Below, one piece after another: positions 1 through 8,169 of a stretch of DNA of 15,574 nucleotides (position 1 is the stretch's first letter; the number at the start of each line of letters is the position of its first letter). Under the pieces are notes generated by a model, which worked only from the letters and a program-made list of their open reading frames with translations, was not told the DNA's origin and ran no database searches. Position numbers and translations under genes: made by a program. Source of the DNA: a virus (taxonomy: Duplodnaviria; Heunggongvirae; Uroviricota; Caudoviricetes); IMG/VR virus record IMGVR_UViG_2802429244_000016; one strand, written 5' to 3'.

Positions 1-1254
1 ATGCTGGAACAAATGGGCATTGCTGCGAAGCAAGCCTCGTATAAATTAGCGCAACTCTCCAGCCGCGAAAAAAATCGCGTGCTGGAAAAGATCGCTGATG
101 AGCTGGAAGCACAGAGCGAAAGCATCCTCGATGCTAACGCCCAGGATGTTGCTGACGCGCGTGCCAATGGCCTTAGCGAAGCGATGCTTGACCGTCTGGC
201 GTTAACGCCCGCGCGCCTGAAAGGCATTGCCGACGATGTGCGGCAGGTGTGTAATCTTGCCGATCCGGTAGGGCAGGTGATTGATGGAGGTGTGCTGGAC
301 AGCGGTCTGCGTCTGGAGCGTCGCCGCGTGCCGCTGGGTGTTATAGGTGTAATTTATGAAGCGCGTCCGAACGTGACAGTTGATGTCGCTTCGCTGTGTC
401 TGAAAACCGGTAACGCGGTGATCCTGCGCGGCGGCAAAGAAACCTGTCGCACTAACGCTGCAACGGTAGCGGTGATTCAGGACGCCCTGAAATCCTGCGG
501 TTTACCGGCAGGCGCAGTGCAGGCGATTGATAATCCGGATCGCGCACTGGTGAGTGAAATGCTGCGCATGGATAAATACATCGACATGTTGATCCCGCGT
601 GGTGGTGCTGGTTTGCATAAGCTGTGCCGCGAGCAGTCGACAATTCCGGTGATCACTGGCGGCATTGGCGTCTGCCATATTTACGTTGATGAAAGTGCTG
701 ACATTTCTGCAGCCCTGAAAGTGATCGTCAACGCGAAAACCCAGCGTCCGAGTACCTGCAATACGGTAGAAACGTTGCTGGTGAATAAAAACATCGCTGA
801 TAACTTCCTGCCTGCGTTAAGCAAGCAAATGGCGGAAAGCGGCGTGACGTTACACGCCGATGCTGCGGCACTGGCGCAGTTGCAGGCAGGATCTGCGAAA
901 GTGGTGGCTGTTAAGGCGGAAGAGTATGACGATGAATTCCTGTCGTTAGATTTGAACGTCAAAATCGTCAGCGATCTTGACGACGCCATCGCCCATATTC
1001 GTGAACACGGGACGCAACACTCCGATGCGATCCTGACGCGTGATATGCGCAATGCCCAGCGTTTTGTCAATGAAGTGGACTCCTCTGCTGTTTACGTTAA
1101 CGCGTCTACACGTTTCACCGACGGCGGCCAGTTTGGTCTTGGCGCGGAAGTGGCGGTAAGCACGCAAAAACTCCACGCACGCGGACCAATGGGGCTGGAA
1201 GCGCTGACCACCTACAAGTGGATCGGTATTGGTGATTACACCGTTCGTGCGTAA
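1..1254 (+). CDS. proA: gamma-glutamyl phosphate reductase (glutamate-5-semialdehyde dehydrogenase), complete
   Basis: 417-aa ORF starting [38 protein letters not shown] and ending ...[16 protein letters not shown], recognised as enterobacterial ProA; the window begins at its ATG. Confidence 0.96.
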   Translation: MLEQMGIAAKQASYKLAQLSSREKNRVLEKIADELEAQSESILDANAQDVADARANGLSEAMLDRLALTPARLKGIADDVRQVCNLADPVGQVIDGGVLDSGLRLERRRVPLGVIGVIYEARPNVTVDVASLCLKTGNAVILRGGKETCRTNAATVAVIQDALKSCGLPAGAVQAIDNPDRALVSEMLRMDKYIDMLIPRGGAGLHKLCREQSTIPVITGGIGVCHIYVDESADISAALKVIVNAKTQRPSTCNTVETLLVNKNIADNFLPALSKQMAESGVTLHADAAALAQLQAGSAKVVAVKAEEYDDEFLSLDLNVKIVSDLDDAIAHIREHGTQHSDAILTRDMRNAQRFVNEVDSSAVYVNASTRFTDGGQFGLGAEVAVSTQKLHARGPMGLEALTTYKWIGIGDYTVRA

Positions 1255-1369
1255 ATAAAACCGGGTGATGCAAAAGTAGCCATTTGATTCACAAGGCCAT
1301 TGACGCATCGCCCGGTTAGTTTTAACCTTGTCCACCGTGATTCACGTTCGTGAACATGTCCTTTTCAGG

Positions 1370-1445
1370 GCCGATATAGCTCAGTTGGTAGAGCAGCGCA
1401 TTCGTAATGCGAAGGTCGTAGGTTCGACTCCTATTATCGGCACCA
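1370..1445 (+). tRNA. thrW: tRNA-Thr, anticodon CGU (thrW-type), including 3' CCA
   Basis: GCCGATATAGCTCAGTTGGTAGAGCAGCGCATTCGTAATGCGAAGGTCGTAGGTTCGACTCCTATTATCGGCACCA: 7-bp acceptor stem, D-loop AGCTCAGTTGGTAGAGC, anticodon loop TTCGTAA, T-arm GGTTCGACTCC. The proA-thrW order matches the known E. coli island insertion hotspot. Confidence 0.95.
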
Positions 1446-1461
1446 TTCAAACATCTCCCCA

Positions 1462-1552
1462 AGTCTACTAAAGTCTTTCAAAACCCCTTATAATCCGCGT
1501 ATTAAAGCCCCGTTCGTCTTTTGACGTCTACTAAAGTCCCTCAAAATCTACG
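1462..1552 (+). repeat. Two direct repeats sharing GTCTACTAAAGTC between the tRNA and int; candidate integrase arm-type or accessory-factor sites in attL
   Basis: AGTCTACTAAAGTCTTTCAAAACCCC (1462-1487) and CGTCTACTAAAGTCCCTCAAAATCTAC (1526-1552); exact shared 13-mer about 64 bp apart. Confidence 0.5.
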
Positions 1553-1610
1553 GTCAGATGGGGGTACTTATGGGGGTATTTGCTGTTCGGTTTAGTGGAG
1601 GTACCCCCAA

Positions 1611-2825
1611 GTGAAACTCAATGCCCGTCAAATAGACACAGCTAAGCCAAAAGAGAAGGCTTACAAGCTGGCCGATGGTGGCGGTTTGTATCTCTTGGTA
1701 AAACCTAATGGAGGTAAATACTGGCGACTTAAATATCGTGTAGCTGGTAAAGAGAAGCTATTGGCACTAGGTGTTTATCCTGAGGTTACTCTAGCCGATG
1801 CTCGGGCAAAACGTGAAGATGCGAAAAGAGGTATCGCTGGTGGTATCGATCCGATGGAAGCGAAACGAGAGGAAAAGATTGCCCGGGAAACGCAGTTAAA
1901 CAACACCTTCAAAGATATTGCCCTTGAGTGGCACAGCAGCAAATTAAAAAAATGGTCTGCTGGTTATGCTTCAGACATCCTCGAAGCCTTCAACAAAGAT
2001 GTGTTCCCTTACATTGGCAAAAAACCCATCGCCGAAATCAAACCACTTGAACTTCTGAATGTGCTGCGTCGCATCGAGGGGCGCGGTGCTACAGAAAAAG
2101 CCAAAAAAGTGAGGCAACGGTGCGGGGAAGTTTTCCGCTATGCAATAGTCACTGGTCGCGCAGAGTATAACCCTGCACCAGACCTTACTAGCGCGATGCA
2201 AGGCCATGAATCTAATCATTACCCTTTCCTTACAGCCAAAGAATTACCTGATTTTTTCAAGGCATTGTCCAGTTACTCAGGAAGCGCATTGGTTGTTATG
2301 GCGGCTCGTCTACTGATTATCACCGGCTTGCGGACTGGCGAACTACGTGGCGCATTATGGGATGAAATTGATTTCAACAAGGCTATCTGGGAGATACCCG
2401 CTTCACGTATGAAAATGCGGCGGCCTCATATTGTGCCATTGTCTGAGCAGGCTCTTTCGCTTATTGGGAAGATTAGAGAAATAACAGGCAATTACCCTCT
2501 TATGTTTCCCGGGCGCAATGATCCAAGGAAAACAATGAGCGAGGCCAGCATAAACCAAGTGTTTAAGCGCATTGGCTACGCTGGACGTGTAACTGGTCAT
2601 GGGTTCCGGCACACTATGAGTACGATTTTGCATGAGCAGGGCTATAACACTGCGTGGATAGAAACGCAGCTCGCTCACGTTGATAAGAACTCAATTCGTG
2701 GCACATACAACCATGCGCAATATCTGGATGGAAGGCGGGAGATGCTTCAATGGTATGCCGACTATATGGATTCTCTCGAGCATGGCGGAAATGTGGTGCA
2801 TATGGTGTTTGAAAAACACGCATGA
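1611..2825 (+). CDS. int: Tyrosine site-specific integrase, P4/CP4-57 IntA family (GTG start)
   Basis: 404-aa ORF. N-terminus MKLNARQIDTAKPKEKAYKLADGGGLYLLVKPNGGKYWRLKYR is typical of P4-type integrases; the C-terminal catalytic region has R (LRTGELRGALW), HGFRHT and the nucleophile Y in RGTYNH. Located immediately 3' of a tRNA. Confidence 0.93.
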   Translation: MKLNARQIDTAKPKEKAYKLADGGGLYLLVKPNGGKYWRLKYRVAGKEKLLALGVYPEVTLADARAKREDAKRGIAGGIDPMEAKREEKIARETQLNNTFKDIALEWHSSKLKKWSAGYASDILEAFNKDVFPYIGKKPIAEIKPLELLNVLRRIEGRGATEKAKKVRQRCGEVFRYAIVTGRAEYNPAPDLTSAMQGHESNHYPFLTAKELPDFFKALSSYSGSALVVMAARLLIITGLRTGELRGALWDEIDFNKAIWEIPASRMKMRRPHIVPLSEQALSLIGKIREITGNYPLMFPGRNDPRKTMSEASINQVFKRIGYAGRVTGHGFRHTMSTILHEQGYNTAWIETQLAHVDKNSIRGTYNHAQYLDGRREMLQWYADYMDSLEHGGNVVHMVFEKHA

Positions 2826-2898
2826 AACAACTGGACAAGTATACAGAGGTTTACTAAAGTATAAGGGAGTAGATTGATAAAAACTCACAGAGGATTGC

Positions 2899-3214
2899 TA
2901 TTTAACAGTTAGCCATGGAGAAGGGCAATCGCTCTTTTAACAACGAAGATGGAATCTTCTACGCAGCTGAAAAGCTGGATGCTCTTTAACAGCCTTTGGT
3001 GCTTTCCTGATGCAGGAAAGAATAGGGATACATGCACCTTTACAATGCATGTAATGATTCATCCATGAGGCTGCGGAGCGCTGACAAAGCGCAATTGCTC
3101 TTTAACATTGATGTGGGCGGGATGGTTCGTCCCGCAGTGACCGATAGATTTCTATCGGGAAACATACAATGATTCAAATATGAATCTACGGCGCTGACAA
3201 AGCGCAATTGCTCT
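2899..3214 (+). repeat. Repeat-rich int-alpA intergenic region: exact 24-bp direct repeat GCGCTGACAAAGCGCAATTGCTCT twice, plus 3-4 copies of a CTCTTTAACA-like motif
   Basis: Identical 24-mers at 3078-3101 and 3191-3214, each with an internal hairpin GCGCT-GACAA-AGCGC. CTCTTTAACA-like copies at 2931-2942, 2981-2991 and 3098-3107. Hairpin GCGGGATGGTTCGTCCCGC near 3117-3135. Confidence 0.55.
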
Positions 3215-3476
3215 CTTGCCTGCCCACCATGCCCTGAAAAAGGGCGTTCTTTAAAACTACTGGATGTCACGCCTAATAGCGTGATCCTGCCGAAATGCAG
3301 GGTAGCTCTACCCTTGTGGAGCAAACAAACCAAAACAATCTGACTATCTTTTATAAAAGACCGCAATATGTTTTTCATATTGTGGTCTTTGGCGTATTCG
3401 ACATTTGACGCAAATAAAACTCTCGCCATTCGTTGCAGGAGGGGGTTATTGCGTCATTAGTACAGGATATTAATAA

Positions 3477-3680
3477 ATGGCTAATTACAATTCATTAATT
3501 CGTCTCTCTGAAGTTCAAAGGCGAACTGGTTATAGCAAAGCATGGATTTATCGTCTTATTAGTCAGGGGAGGTTCCCTAAACAGGTAAAAATTGGAAGTC
3601 GGGCTATTGCTTTTGTTGAGTCTGAAATAGATGAATGGATTGAGAAGTGTATATTAGAATCTAGAGACGAGGTGGCCTGA
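3477..3680 (+). CDS. alpA: AlpA-family phage/satellite transcriptional regulator (excisionase-like winged-helix DNA binding)
   Basis: 67-aa protein MANYNSLIRLSEVQRRTGYSKAWIYRLISQGRFPKQVKIGSRAIAFVESEIDEWIE, the classic AlpA motif pattern; positioned just downstream of the P4-type integrase. Confidence 0.85.
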   Translation: MANYNSLIRLSEVQRRTGYSKAWIYRLISQGRFPKQVKIGSRAIAFVESEIDEWIEKCILESRDEVA

Positions 3681-4111
3681 TGGAAAAGAAAAACCGCCCA
3701 TTACAGGCGGCTAATTCAGATATTCGCGTATCTGATGTTACGCCCCTGACAAAATCCCTTCAAGCACCAAAGCGCACACCGAAAAAGCATCGTGCCAGAG
3801 TCTATATGCTGCGTACTGGTATAGAGGGATGGACAGAAAATGACATTCTTCGCTACTGCCGTCTGTCTTCTGGTCGTAACTATGCAACAGAGTTAGAACG
3901 CCAGCTTGGAATCACTCTGGAGCGTATCGACGAAAAGAATCCTGATGGTATCGGAACACACCTTCGCTACCGTTTCTCCTGCCGTGGTGATGTTCTGAAA
4001 GTGATCACTCATATTAACCATCTTGCGAACATAAATGATCACAACGGACTTTCTCAGCAGGAAATTGCCGACATTCTGAAACTCTACCCGGACGCGTTTA
4101 ACGCCGCCTAA
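3680..4111 (+). CDS. Hypothetical protein (143 aa), basic N-terminus, translationally coupled to alpA
   Basis: ATG overlaps the alpA stop (TGATG). Protein starts MEKKNRPLQAANSDIRVSDV; K/R-rich N-terminus (PKRTPKKHRAR). No family recognised. Confidence 0.6.
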   Translation: MEKKNRPLQAANSDIRVSDVTPLTKSLQAPKRTPKKHRARVYMLRTGIEGWTENDILRYCRLSSGRNYATELERQLGITLERIDEKNPDGIGTHLRYRFSCRGDVLKVITHINHLANINDHNGLSQQEIADILKLYPDAFNAA

Positions 4112-4123
4112 CGGAGACTGAAA

Positions 4124-4957
4124 ATGAACATCGAAAAAAGCAGATTAATTTCTGAGGCCGCCCCTCATCTGAACGCCTCTCTGGGCACAATTAACGGTAA
4201 TGAATTTGCCGCAATTGTCCCGGTTATTCCTGGTCATATCGGTGGGCGTGAAACCAATATTGTTAGCGCAAAAGCGTTGCACAAAGCGTTGGGCGTGGGA
4301 AAAGACTTCTCTACATGGATCACTGATCGCATCTCTGAATATGACTTCACCATTGGGCACGATTACTCAGTCCATAAAACTATTTCCCCAAATTTGGGGA
4401 AAAGCCCGAATGGCGCGGCTTACAGCAAGATTAAGCAGTCTGGCAGACCCGGCAAAGACTATCTGTTAAGTGTCGGAATGGCGAAAGAACTGGCAATGAT
4501 CGAACGCAATGATCAGGGTCGCGCTATCCGCCGTTATTTCATCCAGTGCGAGGAAGAATTACAGCGTAGCGTGCCTGAAATCGCCGCCCGCTATCGTCGC
4601 CAGCTAAAAGCCCGTATCAGTGCCGCAAACAACTTTAAGCCAATGTGCGATGCGCTGAATATGGCCCGTGCCGAGATGGGGAAAACGACGCAGCAACACC
4701 ACTACACAAACGAGAGCAATATGATTTCTCGTATCGTTCTTGGTGGGCTAACTGCTAAGCAGTGGGCGCGGATAAATGGCTATTCTGGCGAACCTCGCGA
4801 CCATATGAACGCAGAACAGCTTGAGCACCTCTCATATCTCGAAAGCACCAATATCACGTTAATTGATATGGGCATGGAATATGAGCAGCGCAAAGGAGAA
4901 CTCACCCGCCTGTCGCAACGCTGGCTCGCCAAGCGTCTGGAGGCGCTCAATGTCTAA
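4124..4957 (+). CDS. Phage antirepressor-like protein with AntA-type N-terminal domain
   Basis: 277 aa; GGAG upstream of the ATG. Segment SAKALHKALGVGKDFSTWITDRISEYDFTIGHDYSV resembles the AntA/AntB motif (W-I-x-x-R-I-x-x-Y-x-F-x-x-G-x-D-Y), recalled from memory. Confidence 0.55.
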   Translation: MNIEKSRLISEAAPHLNASLGTINGNEFAAIVPVIPGHIGGRETNIVSAKALHKALGVGKDFSTWITDRISEYDFTIGHDYSVHKTISPNLGKSPNGAAYSKIKQSGRPGKDYLLSVGMAKELAMIERNDQGRAIRRYFIQCEEELQRSVPEIAARYRRQLKARISAANNFKPMCDALNMARAEMGKTTQQHHYTNESNMISRIVLGGLTAKQWARINGYSGEPRDHMNAEQLEHLSYLESTNITLIDMGMEYEQRKGELTRLSQRWLAKRLEALNV

Positions 4958-5132
4958 GCCAACAGGAATACCACAACCTCAAAAACGCTACAAAGATGCC
5001 CACGGAGCACTCGTTACTGTCGAAAGCGTGTCTCACAACCGAGTGACGTTTTATCGCGACGGGTATCAATCGCCATGCGTACAACCGCTGGCGCGCTTCA
5101 TGAAGGAGTTCGCGGAGGTTAACAAATGCTAA
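4950..5132 (+). CDS. Small hypothetical protein (60 aa; DUF4222-like by recollection)
   Basis: ATG at 4950 preceded by GGAGG (4939-4943) and overlapping the upstream stop; MSKPTGIPQPQKRYKDAHGALVTVESVSHNRVTFYRDGYQSPCVQPLARFMKEFAEVNKC. The ORF track's 4863 start lacks an RBS. Confidence 0.55.
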   Translation: MSKPTGIPQPQKRYKDAHGALVTVESVSHNRVTFYRDGYQSPCVQPLARFMKEFAEVNKC

Positions 5133-5563
5133 CCGCCCAGAAGAAGACATTTTCACTGGCTGGCATGTCGCCAAAATCCAGCAATATGACAGCAAAGTCA
5201 GGCATTAATACAGCAGATACAAGCAAAGTTTATCATTTGCTGGTGGTAGGAGCGGATGCCTTAACTATGTCAGAAATCACGGTCGATGGTGTTAGCGTTG
5301 AGAAGGTCAGCGGCTGCGCCAGAGAATTTCTGGTCGTAGATCACCTGTTCTGCTCGTGTAGTGACTCCACAAAAACATTCGTCCACGCGCGTGACGTTAA
5401 CGAAATGAGCGCGATGTACTGTGCTTCTGGTTCTTCCAATAGTGAGTTTTCGGAGTCCATAAAAAAGAGCTTGCCGTTATGCGGCAACACGGTTTATGGT
5501 TATAAGGCACCTCATAAAACGGGTGCCGGGTTTCGCAGCCCGGAAATGTACGAGGCGACACAT

Positions 5564-5584
5564 GACGCGCCGAGCGTCTTTTTT
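5564..5584 (+). terminator. Candidate intrinsic terminator (short GC stem plus T6)
   Basis: GACGC-GCCGA-GCGTC followed by TTTTTT (5579-5584). Stem is only 5 bp, so this is weak. Confidence 0.35.
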
Positions 5585-5594
5585 TGTGCCGTTA

Positions 5595-5632
5595 GCCAGA
5601 CTCACACTTTTTTCAGTGATGTGGTTATAATC
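5595..5632 (+). promoter_or_regulatory. Candidate sigma70 promoter for the small-ORF/primase operon (perfect -10 TATAAT at 5625-5630)
   Basis: GTGATGTGGTTATAATCCGCG; no convincing -35 hexamer (CACACT-like at about 5602-5607). Lies downstream of the candidate terminator and upstream of the structured leader. Confidence 0.35.
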
Positions 5633-5639
5633 CGCGTCG

Positions 5640-5788
5640 CTTGCAAAATTATGGTGGGCTGGACAGGGCAGCCGAAAGGCTGGCCGGTTTCCTTGTACGC
5701 CGGTACTGCGAACTCTGTTCAGTCCACCACCAGCGAGTTTCGCAGCTCCGGTGGTGGGAAGAATTCCCAGTACAAGGAGGCTGCCACA
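5640..5788 (+). ncRNA. Structured 5' leader / candidate regulatory RNA upstream of the primase operon (possible P4 CI-RNA-like immunity element)
   Basis: GNRA hairpin CAGCC-GAAA-GGCTG (5668-5681); 8-bp stem CCACCACC (5723-5730) / GGTGGTGG (5749-5756) presenting loop TTTCGCAG; single-stranded CTGCGAA (5706-5712) complementary to that loop; an upstream hairpin CCGGG-TTTCGCAG-CCCGG (5526-5543) presents the same loop sequence. Confidence 0.4.
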
Positions 5789-5982
5789 TGCTGGCTACTA
5801 CCCCTACCCAAAAACCGCAATTTATCTGGATTATCGCCGCAGTTCGCCGCGATTGCCAGACAATTACCGCCAAAATTCATCATATTGCTGCCGAGTCTGA
5901 ACGCGATGCTCGCCGTTCTCTGGTGCGCGATCACGTCTGCTTTTTTGCTGGTCGTATCCGCATGGAGGTGGCACATGATTAA
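5789..5982 (+). CDS. Hypothetical small protein (64 aa), first gene of the coupled operon
   Basis: Strong RBS AGGAGG (5775-5780) 8 nt before the ATG at 5789; MLATTPTQKPQFIWIIAAVRRDCQTITAKIHHIAAESERDARRSLVRDHVCFFAGRIRMEVAHD. Confidence 0.55.
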
Positions 5983-6193
5983 AACCTACGATGTGCATAT
6001 GGATCCCCTCGAACGCACAAGCCAGATCATCACACTGACAGAGGTGATTAATGACATTCTGGTGAGCAACTCTCCCTCACGAGACGAAAAACTGAAGGCG
6101 TTACTCGCGATATTGGATCTCGCCGTTCGTGACGTTCATTTCCTGCTGGAAGGTGGACAAATGCCATGCAAAACGGGGGCAACCAATGAATAA
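5975..6193 (+). CDS. Hypothetical small protein (72 aa)
   Basis: ATG at 5975 preceded by GGAGG (5964-5968) and overlapping the upstream stop; MIKTYDVHMDPLERTSQIITLTEVINDILVS... The ORF track shows this frame open from 5126, but the upstream part lacks a start context. Confidence 0.5.
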   Translation: MIKTYDVHMDPLERTSQIITLTEVINDILVSNSPSRDEKLKALLAILDLAVRDVHFLLEGGQMPCKTGATNE

Positions 6194-6380
6194 CTCAATT
6201 AATACCCCTCGCCTTACGTCCGCACTTCAATTAATCGAGCAAGCAGCGGCTGTCCTGGTTGCTGTCAGTCTTTCGGCTGAAGAAATGGACGCTGCTGATG
6301 TCGTGGATGCGATTAAAGCGTGCTCATCTTTGGTTAACGATGCCCGTGCAGAGCTGGTAATTCTTGGTGGTGAAAAATGA
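6186..6380 (+). CDS. Hypothetical small protein (64 aa)
   Basis: ATG at 6186 overlaps the upstream stop; MNNSINTPRLTSALQLIEQAAAVLVAVSLSAEEMDAADVVDAIKACSSLVNDARAELVILGGEK. Confidence 0.5.
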   Translation: MNNSINTPRLTSALQLIEQAAAVLVAVSLSAEEMDAADVVDAIKACSSLVNDARAELVILGGEK

Positions 6381-6640
6381 ATATCAACTTAATTTATCGT
6401 CATCCGTGTGAGCTGGAAATTGAATCATTGCTGGGGCGCGAAGAGCCATATCCAGACACATTCACTCCCGCAGATTGCGCGACTGAACGGCTTACCAGAG
6501 CGCGCACAGGTCTGGTTCATGTGATGAATGAGATTATTCCCTCGGTGGGAGGGGAACAGGCGACAGTAATCAATAGCTGGCTACAAAAAGTTACCTCCCT
6601 GATAGATATCAGTTTAATCGATGTGGAGAGTGCGAAATGA
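6377..6640 (+). CDS. Hypothetical small protein (87 aa)
   Basis: ATGA start/stop overlap with the upstream gene; MNINLIYRHPCELEIESLLGREEPYPDTF... Confidence 0.55.
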   Translation: MNINLIYRHPCELEIESLLGREEPYPDTFTPADCATERLTRARTGLVHVMNEIIPSVGGEQATVINSWLQKVTSLIDISLIDVESAK

Positions 6641-6858
6641 CCAACATCCAGCTCATTGAAGCGCAATGTCGCATCGAACAGGTTCAGACTGTTTTAGGGT
6701 TCTGGCTTGAAGGGGCCAGCCCCAGCAACAGAGACAAGTTAATGATTGGCGCGGTTATGTCACTGCTCAATGGCGTACCAGAAGCTATTCAGGAAGCGGA
6801 CGAATTGTTGGGCAAATATGAGTTACAGAATCATTCAGGCGAGGCGAAACATGAATAA
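6637..6858 (+). CDS. Hypothetical small protein (73 aa)
   Basis: ATGA overlap with the upstream gene; MTNIQLIEAQCRIEQVQTVLGFWLEGASPSNRDKLMIGAVMSLLNGVPEAIQEADELLGKYELQNHSGEAKHE. Confidence 0.5.
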   Translation: MTNIQLIEAQCRIEQVQTVLGFWLEGASPSNRDKLMIGAVMSLLNGVPEAIQEADELLGKYELQNHSGEAKHE

Positions 6859-7453
6859 TTTCTTAACTTTCCATGCAGAAGCAACGCCTGACGGCGTAAA
6901 CATCATGTACCGCAGCAACGATGGCATGACAGAACGCGTTGAGGCCGTCTCATATATTGATGCCGTAAATCGTCTGGATGCCGGGGATTATGACGATAAA
7001 CCAGATGAAGGTATGTCAATACATCTCGCTATTGCCGATGGCGGCAACCAGGGATATTTCGATTACACATCACAGCATAACGTCATTATGTGGAGATGGC
7101 TGATCGCCACAGTATTCATGCTGGAAATGAGAGAGGAAAACGGCACTGTCAGCATCATTGATGATACTGGCAATCCTTCCGAAGTGGCTGTTTATTCCAA
7201 CGGCATCGTCGCCATGCCGCTGTATCCAGTAGCAGAGCGCCTCGCTATGGCAAACAACATTGAGGGCGCGATGATAGAACGTTTTGGCATCGAGTCTGGC
7301 ACAGAACGCGCCATCATTTTCTACAGAGCCATGATGGATGTGGAACAAGGAGCACTGACTCCATTTGGTCGTGAAACGCTTGCTGAACTTCACAACAGCT
7401 TTATAGCTGAACTGAATGAAAACGGCATGCCAGCGGAACCAGTGACGCACTGA
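6851..7453 (+). CDS. Hypothetical protein (200 aa)
   Basis: ATG at 6851 overlaps the upstream stop (ATGAATAA); MNNFLTFHAEATPDGVNIMYRSNDGMTERVEAVSYIDAVNRLDAGDYDDKPDEG... The ORF track's 6746 start would overlap the upstream gene in another frame without an RBS. Confidence 0.6.
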   Translation: MNNFLTFHAEATPDGVNIMYRSNDGMTERVEAVSYIDAVNRLDAGDYDDKPDEGMSIHLAIADGGNQGYFDYTSQHNVIMWRWLIATVFMLEMREENGTVSIIDDTGNPSEVAVYSNGIVAMPLYPVAERLAMANNIEGAMIERFGIESGTERAIIFYRAMMDVEQGALTPFGRETLAELHNSFIAELNENGMPAEPVTH

Positions 7454-7463
7454 GGATGGAACC

Positions 7464-7805
7464 ATGATTACTAAAAATTTCCGACTGAATGCGCTGGCAA
7501 ATAAGTATGCGTCGGCACTGTATAACCACATAACCTCCACCAGCGGCGGGGACTATTTCATGGTTGATGCGGACGGCGAAGCCGTCCGTGTGGAAATCGT
7601 CAATGGAGTAAAAGGCGTTCGCAGACTGATCGATAGCTACACACTGGCAGCCATGAAAGTGTTCTACCCGCAGTGGGAAACCGTGGGGATTGAGCTTCTT
7701 GATCGTTGCGTCACTAAGGACGGATTGACTGACGTCGGGCGTGAGATATGGCAAAGCATGGTTAAAGACATGGGCGCAACTGTAGCGGGAGGTTCTCATG
7801 CGTGA
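7464..7805 (+). CDS. Hypothetical protein (113 aa)
   Basis: RBS GAGGATGG before the ATG at 7464; MITKNFRLNALANKYASALYNHITSTSGGDYFMVDADGEAVRVEIVNG... Confidence 0.6.
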   Translation: MITKNFRLNALANKYASALYNHITSTSGGDYFMVDADGEAVRVEIVNGVKGVRRLIDSYTLAAMKVFYPQWETVGIELLDRCVTKDGLTDVGREIWQSMVKDMGATVAGGSHA

Positions 7806-8169
7806 AAATGCAGAAATGGCGCTTAGCTCCGCAATCGGAGAGCAGGTGGCAAAGATTGCTGGTGCTGTGTGGATTCATAACCTTCATTCTACTGGTGAAG
7901 AGAAAATGGCAATTCAGACGCCAGAGGGACGCACCATTACTACATCTCTGAAGCCGTCAGATATTTGTGATCTGATTTGCACATTCATGTACCCAGCAAT
8001 GAGGACTGTCCACGGCGATAAGTGGAAACTTGCGACAACCGCTGAATTTGATATGTGGCTAAACAATGATGGCATGCTGACTGATTACGGAATAACCAAG
8101 TGGCAGATGCTGGTTAGCCATATCGCAAACGCTATAGACCACGTGGGGTACGGTGATGCGAAACATTGA
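7798..8169 (+). CDS. Hypothetical protein (123 aa)
   Basis: RBS GGAGG (7788-7792) then ATG at 7798, overlapping the upstream stop; MRENAEMALSSAIGEQVAKIAGAVWIHNLHSTGEEK... Confidence 0.6.
   Translation: MRENAEMALSSAIGEQVAKIAGAVWIHNLHSTGEEKMAIQTPEGRTITTSLKPSDICDLICTFMYPAMRTVHGDKWKLATTAEFDMWLNNDGMLTDYGITKWQMLVSHIANAIDHVGYGDAKH

Noticed and set aside
452-1335. Minus-strand ORFs of 62-129 aa inside proA (452-643, 477-665, 681-1070, 946-1335)
   Set aside because: They lie antisense within a highly conserved, complete proA reading frame, have low-complexity compositions and no RBS; they are shadow ORFs.
1971-2888. Short ORFs on either strand overlapping the integrase gene and its 3' flank
   Set aside because: All are nested in or antisense to the integrase frame with no start signals; they are shadow ORFs.
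3040-3429. 129-aa minus-strand ORF in the int-alpA intergenic region
   Set aside because: It spans the direct repeats and hairpins, has no RBS and an implausible composition; the region is better explained as regulatory or att DNA.
1488-5639. Shared 13-mer TTATAATCCGCGT at 1488-1500 and 5624-5636
   Set aside because: A few exact 13-mer coincidences are expected by chance in 15 kb on two strands. Both contain TATAAT and could be promoters, but a single shared word is not evidence of a common operator.
5126-6193. 355-aa plus-strand ORF taken as one protein
   Set aside because: Better-supported genes with their own RBSs start inside it (5789 in another frame, 5975 in frame), and the upstream part overlaps a promoter, terminator and hairpin region. 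Kept only as an oddity (the stop-free frame finding).
6746-7453. Extended start at 6746 for the 200-aa protein
   Set aside because: It would overlap the preceding gene by more than 100 bp in another frame without an RBS; the ATG at 6851 overlapping the upstream stop fits the coupling pattern of the operon.
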